Source: Planctomycetota bacterium (GTDB lineage Bacteria; Planctomycetota; SZUA-567; H5-PLA8). Taken from it: a DNA stretch of 48,971 nucleotides. The stretch lies in the NCBI GenBank assembly GCA_045863855.1, contig BTVV01000039.1, forward strand, positions 1-48,971, read 5' to 3'. Made by a program: the position numbers and the translations under genes. This document shows positions 39,326-48,541 of the stretch, one piece after another; within the stretch, counting starts at the first letter, position 1; every line of letters begins with the position of its first letter. The notes beneath the pieces were generated by a model, which saw only the letters and a program-made list of their open reading frames with translations, was not told the DNA's origin and did not search any database.

Positions 39326-40798
39326 ATGCCGATCTTGCTCGTCGTCGACAATCCGAAGAACTGGCCGCTGCGCGTCCCGGGCGTGCAATGCGTATCGGCG
39401 CGCGAATACCTCGGCGACCGACGATTCAATCCGGCCGGCGGCCTCAAAGTCTTCAACCTCTGCCGCAGCTATGCGTACCAAAGCCTCGGCTACTACGTCT
39501 CGCTCCTCGGCGAAGCCCGCGGCCACCGTCCGCAGCCCAGCATCACCACCATCCAGGATCTCAAATCGCCCGGCATCGTCCGCGCGCTCACCCAGGACCT
39601 CGACGGTCTGATCCAGCAATGCCTCCGCAATCTGCAAAGCGAAACCTTCGCGCTCAGCGTCTACTTCGGGCACAACATGGCGAGCCGCTACGACCGACTC
39701 GCCATGCGCCTTTTCGGCATGTTTCCCGCGCCGCTTTTGCGCGCGCATTTCGTCCGCAAAAAAGGGCGCTGGATCGTACAAAGCGTCAACGCGATCACGC
39801 TCTCCGAAGTTCCCGATCACCATCTGCTCTTCCTGCTCGAACGCTACGACGCGTATTTCCGACGCAAGCGCTGGACCGCCAGCCGCCCCGAGACGCACCG
39901 CTTCGACCTGGCGATCCTCCTCGATCCCGACGAGGCCGAACCGCCCACGCAGCCCGACGGCATCAAGAAGTTCGTCAAAGCCGCCGAAAAGCTCGGCTTC
40001 GCCGTCGAACGGATCGACAAGGACGACATCGCGCGCATCCCCGAGTTCGACGCGCTCTTCATCCGCGTCACCACCAACGTGAATCACTTCAGCTACCGCT
40101 TCGCGCGCCGAGCCGCCGCCGAAGGACTGGTCGTCATCGACGATCCCAGTTCCATCGCGCGCTGCATGAACAAGGTCTATTTCGCGCAGCGCATGGAAAA
40201 CAATCACATCCCCACCCCGCGCACGCTGATCGTCCACGATGGCAACAAGGAACAGGTCGCCAACGAGATCGGCCTGCCGTGCGTGCTCAAGCAGCCCGAC
40301 AGCGCCTTCTCGGCCGGCGTCTTCAAAGTCGAGGACCGCGCCGCCCTGCGTGCAAAACTCGACCGCTTGCTGGCCGAATCGGACCTCATCGTCGCGCAGG
40401 AATTCGTCCGCACCGACTTCGACTGGCGCGTCGGCGTGCTGGCCGGACAGCCGCTCTATGTCAGCAAGTACCACATGGCGCGCGACCACTGGCAGATCAT
40501 CAACCAGAAGGTGCGCGGCGGGCGGCGCTACGGAAAAGTCGAAACCATGGCCTGGCAGGACGCGCCCAAACGCGTCGTCCAGACCGCCGTCAAGGCCGCC
40601 AACCTCATGGGCAACGGGCTCTACGGCGTCGACCTGAAGCAGCTCGGAAAAAAAATTTACGTCATCGAAGTCAACGACAATCCCACCATCGAGGTGGGCG
40701 AAGAAGACGCGGTTTTGAAGGATGAATTGTACGAGCGCATCATGGGCGTATTTCTCGAACGCGTCGAAGCCGGAAAGCGCCGGGGGAACGGCTCATGA
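39326..40798 (+). CDS. RimK-family ATP-grasp ligase with N-terminal RLAN domain
   Basis: VFNLCRSYAYQSLGYYVSLLGEARGHRPQPS (RLAN); DALFIR, IDDPSSIARCMNKV, VLKQPDSAFSAGV, FDWRVGVL, GLYGVDLK, IEVNDNP. Confidence 0.93.
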   Translation: MPILLVVDNPKNWPLRVPGVQCVSAREYLGDRRFNPAGGLKVFNLCRSYAYQSLGYYVSLLGEARGHRPQPSITTIQDLKSPGIVRALTQDLDGLIQQCLRNLQSETFALSVYFGHNMASRYDRLAMRLFGMFPAPLLRAHFVRKKGRWIVQSVNAITLSEVPDHHLLFLLERYDAYFRRKRWTASRPETHRFDLAILLDPDEAEPPTQPDGIKKFVKAAEKLGFAVERIDKDDIARIPEFDALFIRVTTNVNHFSYRFARRAAAEGLVVIDDPSSIARCMNKVYFAQRMENNHIPTPRTLIVHDGNKEQVANEIGLPCVLKQPDSAFSAGVFKVEDRAALRAKLDRLLAESDLIVAQEFVRTDFDWRVGVLAGQPLYVSKYHMARDHWQIINQKVRGGRRYGKVETMAWQDAPKRVVQTAVKAANLMGNGLYGVDLKQLGKKIYVIEVNDNPTIEVGEEDAVLKDELYERIMGVFLERVEAGKRRGNGS

Positions 40799-42042
40799 AT
40801 CGCCCCGGTCTCTTTACGGCCTTCGGGATCGAGCTGGAATACATGCTCGTGGACCGTGCCACGCTGGCCGTCCGCCCCGCCGCAGACGAAGCGCTCCGGC
40901 TGGCCGCCGGGTCCGAGACGTACGTCTCCGACGCCGCCTGCGGCCCGATGACCTGGTCCAACGAACTCGTCGCGCACGTCCTGGAACTCAAGGTCGAACC
41001 CCCCGCCGCATCCTTGTTGGGATTAGCTCCCGCTTTTCAGGCCGAAATTCAGGCCATGAATGCGCGGCTCGCGCCGTTGAACCTGCGCCTGCTGCCCGGC
41101 GCCATGCACCCGCTCATGCGCCCCGCCGCCGAAACGAAACTCTGGCCCCACGACTACGCCGAGATCTACGCCGCCTTTCACCGCATCTTCGATTGCCATA
41201 CGCACGGCTGGGCCAATCTGCAGAGCGTGCATCTGAATCTGCCCTTTGCCGGCGAACGCGAGTTCGCGCGCCTCCACGCCGCCGTCCGGGCCGTTCTGCC
41301 GCTGCTGCCGGCGCTGGCCGCCAGTTCGCCCATCCAGGAAGGCCGCGCCACCGGCCTCCTCGACACGCGCCTCGAAAACTACCGCCATCACATGGACCGC
41401 GTGCCCGCCGCCACCGGCCGCGTGATTCCCGAACCGGTCTATACCGAAGCCGAGTACCGTACGCGGGTCTTCGCGCCGATGTTCGCCGAGATCGCTCCGT
41501 TCGATACCGAAGGACTGCTGCAGGAGGAATTTCTCAACGCCCGCGGCGCCATCGCGCGCTTCGACCGCGGCAGCGTCGAAGTCCGCTTGCTCGACGTTCA
41601 GGAATGCCCGCTTGCCGATCTGGCGATCTGCGAACTTGTCCAACGCACCGTCCGCGCGCTCTGCGAAGAACGCTGGATGCCCCTCGCGCGCTTGCAAGCC
41701 TGGCCCGTCGATCGGCTCCACGCGCTCTTGCTCGACACGCTGCGCGACGCCGACCGCGCGCGTGTGGACGATGCGGAGCTGCTGGAAGCGTTCGGTTGCG
41801 GCGGCGCCGGGTTGCTGCATGCCGGCGAAATCTGGGCGCGGTTGTTCGAAGCGCTCTGGCCCGCCGCCCCCGCCCACGCTCCCGAACCCGAACGCTCCGC
41901 GCTCGATCGGATCCTGAAGCGCGGGCCGCTCGCCCGGCGCATCCTCGCCGCCACCGGCCCGCAGCCGCATCCGCAGCGTATCGTTGAAGTGTACGCACAA
42001 CTGGCCGAGGCGCTCGAACGCGGACGCCTCTTCCTGCCTTGA
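40795..42042 (+). CDS. Glutamate-cysteine ligase family 2 (GCS2) carboxylate-amine ligase
   Basis: FGIELEYMLVD, WSNELVAHVLELK, MHPLM, HGWANLQSVHLNLPF, LNARGAIARFDRGSVEVRLLDVQE; ATGA overlap. Confidence 0.92.
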   Translation: MNRPGLFTAFGIELEYMLVDRATLAVRPAADEALRLAAGSETYVSDAACGPMTWSNELVAHVLELKVEPPAASLLGLAPAFQAEIQAMNARLAPLNLRLLPGAMHPLMRPAAETKLWPHDYAEIYAAFHRIFDCHTHGWANLQSVHLNLPFAGEREFARLHAAVRAVLPLLPALAASSPIQEGRATGLLDTRLENYRHHMDRVPAATGRVIPEPVYTEAEYRTRVFAPMFAEIAPFDTEGLLQEEFLNARGAIARFDRGSVEVRLLDVQECPLADLAICELVQRTVRALCEERWMPLARLQAWPVDRLHALLLDTLRDADRARVDDAELLEAFGCGGAGLLHAGEIWARLFEALWPAAPAHAPEPERSALDRILKRGPLARRILAATGPQPHPQRIVEVYAQLAEALERGRLFLP

Positions 42043-42111
42043 GGGCCGCCGCGTATACGCAAAGCGAAAGTAACGAGAATGCCCCTAAACCGGGCGCCCC
42101 GCGTGCCGTGA

Positions 42112-43482
42112 TTACGTTTTACGCTTTACTCTTTGACCTTCATCCGGCTCGCCGTCCGGCAACGCCCGCGCGAACAACTCCATCGGGTGCAGCACTTCCA
42201 CATCCAACCCCGCATCGCGGCAGCCTTGGCGAATCTGCAAAATGCAGCCGGGATTCCCCGTCAGCACGATCCGCGCGCCGGTCCCGGCGATGGCCGCGAC
42301 CTTCCGCGCGAGCACCTGCTTCGACATCTCGGGCTGGGTGAGGTTGTAAATTCCCGCTGCGCCGCAGCAGAATTCGGACTCGGGCAGCGCCACCCAATTC
42401 AGGCCGGGAATGCGTTTGGCCACTTCCAGGGGCGGAGCCGAAATCTTCTGCCCGTGCAGCAGGTGGCACGGCGCGTCGTACGTCACCGTCGCGTCCAGCG
42501 CGCGCAACTCCACGCGCGGTTCCAATTCGGACAGTACTTCGCTCACGTCGCGCATCTGCGCCGCGAAGGCGTGCGCGCGTACGTCGCCGGGCAGCAGTTC
42601 GCCGTACTCCTTCAAGGTCGATCCGCAGCCGGCCGAATTATTCACGATCGCGTCGACGCCCAGCCCGGCGAAGAGTTCCAGATTGCGCCGAGCCACCGCG
42701 CGGCCGGCTTCGGCCTCGCCGGCGTGGAACATCAGCGCGCCGCAGCACGCCTGCCCGCCCACGCTCAGCACCTCGCAGCCGTGCGCCTGCAAGACTCGCA
42801 CCGTCGCGCGGTGAATCCCGCCCATCATCAGATCCATCACGCAGCCGCTGAAGAACGCCACGCGACGCGCCGGAGCGCCGCCCCACGCCGGAAAGACATC
42901 CGGCGCGTTCGAGCGGAACGGTTCGTCCTTCAACTCCGGCTGCATCGCTTCGATCTCGCGCAGGCGCGCGGGCAGGAGCTTGATCGCGCCGCTGCGGTGC
43001 AACAGCGCGCGCAGCCCGCTGCGCTGCATGAAGCGCGTAAGGCCCAGGATCAGCGCGAGCCGTTCGTGGTGCGGGAAAAGCTGGCGGAAAAAAACCGCGC
43101 GCAGCAGGCGCTCGAAGCCGCCCGGCGGGCGCGCGTCCTGCAAGTGCGCGCGCGTATGCTCCAGGATCGAACCGTAATGCACCCCGCTGGGGCACGCCGT
43201 CTCGCAGGCGCGGCAGTCGAGGCACAGATCGAGGTGCTTCGCGACCGCCGCCGTGGCTTCGATACGCCCGTCGGCGAGGCCCTTCATCAAGTACAGCCGC
43301 CCGCGCGGCGAATCGTTCTCGTTGCCCAGTTCGCGGTACGTCGGGCACGCGCCCAGGCACAGCCCGCAGTGGACGCAACTGCGCAGCAATTCGGCCGCGC
43401 GCGGCGGAAACGGAAAGCGTTCGGCCGAGCCGGCGGGTGCGGCGGGCGGTTCGGCGACGGGTGCAGCGATCGGTGCGTGCAT
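42112..43482 (-). CDS. glcF: Glycolate oxidase iron-sulfur subunit-like (2x4Fe-4S + two CCG domains)
   Basis: CVHCGLCLGACPT, SPRGR, CLDCRACETACPSGV, CCGA, NSAGCG, PCHLLHGQ, CCGAAGIYN, NPGC. Confidence 0.85.
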   Translation of the reverse strand: MHAPIAAPVAEPPAAPAGSAERFPFPPRAAELLRSCVHCGLCLGACPTYRELGNENDSPRGRLYLMKGLADGRIEATAAVAKHLDLCLDCRACETACPSGVHYGSILEHTRAHLQDARPPGGFERLLRAVFFRQLFPHHERLALILGLTRFMQRSGLRALLHRSGAIKLLPARLREIEAMQPELKDEPFRSNAPDVFPAWGGAPARRVAFFSGCVMDLMMGGIHRATVRVLQAHGCEVLSVGGQACCGALMFHAGEAEAGRAVARRNLELFAGLGVDAIVNNSAGCGSTLKEYGELLPGDVRAHAFAAQMRDVSEVLSELEPRVELRALDATVTYDAPCHLLHGQKISAPPLEVAKRIPGLNWVALPESEFCCGAAGIYNLTQPEMSKQVLARKVAAIAGTGARIVLTGNPGCILQIRQGCRDAGLDVEVLHPMELFARALPDGEPDEGQRVKRKT

Positions 43483-43566
43483 GGCGGTATTGTGCGCCCG
43501 GACGCGCGCCCGCTCAAGCGCAGGGGCGGGGAGCGATAAGGTACGGACTTCGGCGGGCGCAAAACA

Positions 43567-43601
43567 AAAGCCCCCTTGGACGAACCGTCCAAGGGGGCTT
43601 T
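43567..43601. terminator. Bidirectional-type rho-independent terminator after the beta-helix gene
   Basis: AAAGCCCCCTTGGACG-AAC-CGTCCAAGGGGGCTTT, with an A-run (minus-strand U-tract) at 43561-43569. Confidence 0.92.
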
Positions 43602-43630
43602 ACCTGCACCGAGGGTCTTTCGACGAGCGG

Positions 43631-45409
43631 CTAGTCGACTTCCTGCGCCTGGGCCGGGCCGCCGGTTCCGAACGTGGTGCCGGTGTCGTCGGCCATATTT
43701 CCGGCGCCGGCGTAGTCGATCCGGTTGTTGCTGAACTTGCAGCCGGTGGCGGTGGTGTTGGTGCCGCCGTTGTCCAGTCCTTCGCCCACATATCCGGATG
43801 CGCTGCACTTATTGAGGGTGTTCGCGTCGCCGCTGTTGATATCGAATCCGTCCTTGCTGCCCACGAACGCCCTATTGGCACTCAATATATTGTTGTCGCC
43901 GCTGATCTGGAATGCGTCGTCGTAGGTGCGCGTCACCAGGTTCCCCGAGAGCGTGTTGTCGCTGCCCGTGATATCGATGCCGTAGTCGGCGATCTTGGTG
44001 ACCTTGTTCCCCGTCAGCATCACGCCGTCGCCGCTAAGTTCGATGGCCGTCTCGGATAAGTTGGAGATCGTGTTCTTCTCGATCCGCGCCAGTCCGCTGC
44101 CCGTCGCGCTGCCGCTGGCGACGATCCCTATGCAGGCGTACGCTCCGTGCGCTATCTTATTGCCGGAAATCACGAAATCGTCTCCGTCCACTTCAATAAA
44201 GGACTCGTACAGCAGCCGATAGAGCTGATTCCTGTCGATCGTCGCGCGGTCGCCGCTTACATAAATTCCGTAGCAATACTCGTCCATGATCGTGTCCACG
44301 ATATTGTTTGCGATCGTGCCGTCGTTCCCGTCGATCCAAAGCGCAGTCGATTCTTCCCCGCCGCCGCCGAGGTCAACCACCCGGTTGGCCTTCAGCATCG
44401 CGTTGTTCCCCACCACATGGATGCCTACACTGTCGCTGAAACCGCCGGCGCCGCTGAGGCCTACCACCCCATTGGCCAGCAGCATCGCGTTGTGCCCAAC
44501 CACATAGATGCCCACGCCGTCGGAATCGCTGCCGGCGCCGCACTTACGAATCCAGTTTCCGGTCGCTTGGGCGTCTTGTCCGTTGACCTGAATGCAGGTG
44601 AAATCGCTGCTGTAATTGTACAGATTGACCAGCCTGTTCTTGTTCACCAGCGCCCGGTCGCCGTTCACGGTGATGCCGGAGACTATCCCGTAGCTGACGT
44701 TTTCCAGGATATTGCTCTCCACCTTTGCGTCGTCGCCGCCGACCAGGATCAGGTCGTCATCGGCGTAGCAGTTCGAAATGCGGTTCTTGCTCACCACCGG
44801 CGCCGTCGCGTTGGCTACCTCGATGCGCCCGTAATACTGGTTCGTATCCATGATGTTGCCGGTCACGGTGGCTCCGCCCAGCGACTCGGCGTCCACGAAA
44901 ATCCCGAACATGTAGCAGTACGACATATCGTTCTTGTCCACCAGCGCGTTCGGACCCGTCACCTCGATGGCGAAGGTATCTGAGGAATTGTTCAATCCCT
45001 GAAACCTGTTGCCGGTCACCGTGGCGTTGGCGCCGTCGATGAAGACTCCTTCATCGCTCCCATTGAAGATGCACTTCGTCACCGTCGCGTTATCGCCCGT
45101 GATCGAGACCGGCAGGTCGCCGAGCTGAAACTCGATTCCCGAGACGGTTACGTTGTTCGCGGTCGCGACCAGTTGATCCATGCCGTCGAAACCGTCCCAG
45201 ATCGTGCCTTTGCCGCCCACGAACGAGAGCATCTTGGCGGTCGTGACCGCTTCGTTGTAGCGCCCCTTCGCGATCTTGATCGTGTCTCCGTCCACCGCCG
45301 CCGCTTCGGCTGCGGCAATCGTTGCGAACTGGGAGGGCACGTTGAGCGTGGCGGCCCACGCCGGCATGCTGAGTAAACAGGCTAACAATACGGATAAGCG
45401 AATATGCAT
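43631..45409 (-). CDS. Secreted right-handed parallel beta-helix (pectin lyase-like/NosD-like) protein
   Basis: Signal peptide ending AWA-ATLNVPSQFATIAAA; repeated GI-x-V-x-GDNA-x-V-x-x-N coils; AGGAGGAG RBS. Confidence 0.9.
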   Translation of the reverse strand: MHIRLSVLLACLLSMPAWAATLNVPSQFATIAAAEAAAVDGDTIKIAKGRYNEAVTTAKMLSFVGGKGTIWDGFDGMDQLVATANNVTVSGIEFQLGDLPVSITGDNATVTKCIFNGSDEGVFIDGANATVTGNRFQGLNNSSDTFAIEVTGPNALVDKNDMSYCYMFGIFVDAESLGGATVTGNIMDTNQYYGRIEVANATAPVVSKNRISNCYADDDLILVGGDDAKVESNILENVSYGIVSGITVNGDRALVNKNRLVNLYNYSSDFTCIQVNGQDAQATGNWIRKCGAGSDSDGVGIYVVGHNAMLLANGVVGLSGAGGFSDSVGIHVVGNNAMLKANRVVDLGGGGEESTALWIDGNDGTIANNIVDTIMDEYCYGIYVSGDRATIDRNQLYRLLYESFIEVDGDDFVISGNKIAHGAYACIGIVASGSATGSGLARIEKNTISNLSETAIELSGDGVMLTGNKVTKIADYGIDITGSDNTLSGNLVTRTYDDAFQISGDNNILSANRAFVGSKDGFDINSGDANTLNKCSASGYVGEGLDNGGTNTTATGCKFSNNRIDYAGAGNMADDTGTTFGTGGPAQAQEVD

Positions 45410-45576
45410 CTTCTCCTCCTTGCGCATTGTTGCGCCATTAAAGGTTTGAGGAAGAACATATCAGACCTGTAAGTAATATGAAAACGCTATTCAATGTAAT
45501 GGGTGTGGAAGGTCGTAAGCACATGCACTCGTTATGCTAGGTGTGCAGGCTTTCGAACGAAAACAAACTAGCAGCG

Positions 45577-48420
45577 TTACTTCTGCCCGGTCAACTGCGG
45601 CGCCGCGGGCTGTTCCTTCTTCAACGCTGCCGGGCGCTCCTGCCCGCCCGCTCCCAGCAAGTTCAGCATCCCCGGCAGCACGATCAGCGCTCCGAAAAGC
45701 GCGCCCGAATAGCCCAGCACCGCCGACCAGCCGAAATCGATCAGACCCGTGTAGCTCCCCAGCACCATCGAGCCGAACCCTGCCAGCGTCGTCAGACCGC
45801 ACAGCACCACGCCGCGCCCCGTCTCGCCCACCACCGCCTCCAGCGAAGGCCGCCGCGACGAATACACGTCGAAGACCAGGTAGACGCCGTAGTCGACCGC
45901 GCTGCCCACCAGCACAGGGAAGATCATCAGGTTCACGTAATTCAACGCGAAATCGCGCCCCAAAAGCTGCGCCACGACCACCCCGGCCAGGACGAACAGA
46001 ATCGCGAAAATCAGCGGCAAGGCCGCGAGCAGCGCCTTCTTCGCGCTGCGGAAAGTAATCACCAAAAGCGATGCGACGCAGACCGCCACCGCGCCGCTGA
46101 TCCATTCCATGTCGAGCAATAGGCTCGCCTTCAGCTCGAACCCCACCAACCGCGGCGAGGTGAACTTGATCGCGCCGCCTTCCGGCGCTTCGCGCTCCGC
46201 CTCGTCCGCCACCGCGCGGTACCACGCTTCGGTATGCCCCAGCCCGCCGTTGCCCGGCGCGCTGGACGGCAAGTAACTGGTCAGCAGCTGCACGCGCCCG
46301 CTGGAGGCGTCCACGCGCGCGAACAGATTCAGGATCGGGCCCACCGGGCCTTGCAGCACCTCGGCCAGCGTGAGCACCTCCGCGGTCCGCGCCGAAGCGG
46401 CAAGCTCGTCGAGTTTGGCCAAAAACGGCTGGAAGGCGCGCTCTCCCGCCGCGCCGAACTCCTGCTGCGCCGCGTCGAGGAAGCGCTTCCGGCAGGCCGC
46501 GAAATCCACCGCGCGCAGCGCCTCCAGCGCCTCCCGTTGCGCCGCCGGCGCCGGCACGTAATCGAGGAGACCGCCCAGCGGTTCGATCTCATGCGCTTCC
46601 TCGCGCGCCTTCAGGTTCGCCACCGCGCGTTCGGCCGCCGCGTAGGCCGTCGCCTCGTCCGGGCCTTCGGCCAGCACCTTGATGTCCGAGAACGCCTGCC
46701 CGAACTTCGCGGCCACCCGCTCGCGCAGCGGGATCGCCTGGATGCGCAGGCTGCGCAGGTTCGAAAGCTCTCCGTCGAAGCGCACGCCCAGCACCGGTTC
46801 GGGACCCGGATCGGAATAGCCCAGGATCAGCGTCGCGCAGGCGAGCAGCGCCAGCGCGCCCAGCGAAACGCCCAGCCAGCCCTTGCGCTGCCGCTGGTGA
46901 AAACGCCCCAGCATGATCGTCGTCTTGCGGATGCCGTGCGCGACATGCCCGGCCTTGCGGTCGTCGCCGCCGCCCGCCAGCAGCACCGGGAAAAAGGTGA
47001 TCATCAACAGCGCCGCGACGAACAACCCGATCCCCGCCAGCAGGCCCAGTTCGGCCAGCATCCGGAAATGCGTCGTCGCGATCCCGAAGAACGCGATCGC
47101 CGTCGTCAGGCTCGCCGCCAGCACGCTAGGTCCGCAGCGCCGCAGCGTCTCGGCCAGCGCCTCTTCCGTACGGTAACGCGCTTCTTCGCGCAGATGGTGG
47201 AATGTGCTGTAGATGTGAATGCCGTAATCGACGCCCATGCCCAGCAAAATGCACGTGAAGCCCGCCCCCATCACGCCGATCTTGCCCTGCACCAGCGCCG
47301 TCAGCGCCAGCGTCACCACCACCGCCAGGCCCATCGTCAGCGCGATGCACCACGCCAGCCGCAGTTCGCGGAAGACCAGCAGGAACAGCAGGATCACGAT
47401 CACGCCCGACGTGAGCGTCGTGGACAGAATATCCCAGCGCAGGCTCAACTCGTTCTCGTACGTGACGGCGTGTAGGCCCGTGTAGCCGACGCGCAACTGC
47501 GCGTCCTTGGGTTCGCCCTCGGCCGGCTCGCCGTAGGTATCGCTCATGAGCTGCGTCGTGAACGGCGGCATGGCGGCGTACTTCGCGCGGAAGGCTTCGA
47601 CCGCCCGGTTCTCCGCGCGCTGCACCGCCGGCATCAGGGCGTGGAGAAAATCGAGCTGGTTGACGCCCTGAATCGGCCGCGCGAGCACCAGCAGCGTCGT
47701 GCGGTCGGGCGACAGGAAATAGCCTTCCGCGTCGTGCAGCGCGAGATTCGATTTGCGTCCACCAAGCTTGCGGTCCAGCGCTTCCTGCGCCAGCCCGGCC
47801 AGCTTCAGCGGATCGGTCATCAGCCGTTTGCGCTCCACGTCCATCGACGGATCGATGTCCTTCAGCTCCTCGCGCACCTGCTTCAACCGTTGGGCCAGCG
47901 CCTCCGGATCGAAGCGCGCCTCGACCGCATGCACGTCCTCGACGCTCAGCACCGCCGCGAGGTGCTCCTTCCCGATCCGCTCCAGCGCCTGCCGTAAGCC
48001 CGCTCCGGCCTTGCACTCCACCCGGCGCAGCCAGCGCTGCGGTTCGGCGAAGTATCCTTCCGGCAGGGCCGCGTGATCTTCGGGCAGCAAGCCGACCTTG
48101 GTAAGCTCCTCGGTGAGCAAGTCGCCGTAAGCGCGCAGCGGCGCGGCGCTCGCGGGATCCTGAGCCACCGCGTCGGGCACATGCACCACCGCCGCCAGCA
48201 AATCCCCGCCGAACGCTTCGCTGATCTCGCGCATGTAACGGAAGCGCACCAGCTTCGCGGAAACCTGGTCCAGCACGTTGGCGTCGAGATGGGTCAGCGT
48301 GTAGCCCGCGCCGGGCAGCGCGAGCACGAAGAGCGCCAGCGCGCCCCACAGCACGCGGCGGCGGTTGCGCGCCACCCACGTGCCCCAGCGGTCGAAGAAG
48401 CGGTCCTGCAGATTCGCCAC
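45577..48420 (-). CDS. MMPL/RND family lipid exporter (HpnN-like)
   Basis: Two TM bundles with ILLGMGVDYGIH and VLVGSAVDYGVY, ASLTTAIAFF, GLTTLAGFGSM; large periplasmic loops. Confidence 0.92.
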   Translation of the reverse strand: MANLQDRFFDRWGTWVARNRRRVLWGALALFVLALPGAGYTLTHLDANVLDQVSAKLVRFRYMREISEAFGGDLLAAVVHVPDAVAQDPASAAPLRAYGDLLTEELTKVGLLPEDHAALPEGYFAEPQRWLRRVECKAGAGLRQALERIGKEHLAAVLSVEDVHAVEARFDPEALAQRLKQVREELKDIDPSMDVERKRLMTDPLKLAGLAQEALDRKLGGRKSNLALHDAEGYFLSPDRTTLLVLARPIQGVNQLDFLHALMPAVQRAENRAVEAFRAKYAAMPPFTTQLMSDTYGEPAEGEPKDAQLRVGYTGLHAVTYENELSLRWDILSTTLTSGVIVILLFLLVFRELRLAWCIALTMGLAVVVTLALTALVQGKIGVMGAGFTCILLGMGVDYGIHIYSTFHHLREEARYRTEEALAETLRRCGPSVLAASLTTAIAFFGIATTHFRMLAELGLLAGIGLFVAALLMITFFPVLLAGGGDDRKAGHVAHGIRKTTIMLGRFHQRQRKGWLGVSLGALALLACATLILGYSDPGPEPVLGVRFDGELSNLRSLRIQAIPLRERVAAKFGQAFSDIKVLAEGPDEATAYAAAERAVANLKAREEAHEIEPLGGLLDYVPAPAAQREALEALRAVDFAACRKRFLDAAQQEFGAAGERAFQPFLAKLDELAASARTAEVLTLAEVLQGPVGPILNLFARVDASSGRVQLLTSYLPSSAPGNGGLGHTEAWYRAVADEAEREAPEGGAIKFTSPRLVGFELKASLLLDMEWISGAVAVCVASLLVITFRSAKKALLAALPLIFAILFVLAGVVVAQLLGRDFALNYVNLMIFPVLVGSAVDYGVYLVFDVYSSRRPSLEAVVGETGRGVVLCGLTTLAGFGSMVLGSYTGLIDFGWSAVLGYSGALFGALIVLPGMLNLLGAGGQERPAALKKEQPAAPQLTGQK

Positions 48421-48541
48421 GGCGCTATCCGGTCACAGGCTCAAGAAGCGCCGCGAAAAAGCCATCCGCCGCGCGCGGTCTTCACTTAAGAATCGTATCG
48501 TACAAGGGAAGCGTCTTGCGAAAAGACGCGCACGGGAATCG

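Noticed and set aside
36065..42042. RiPP (graspetide) cluster interpretation of C39 + ATP-grasp
   Set aside because: No precursor peptide ORF or ABC exporter found; the ligase is the RLAN type paired with GCS2, not a microviridin-type enzyme
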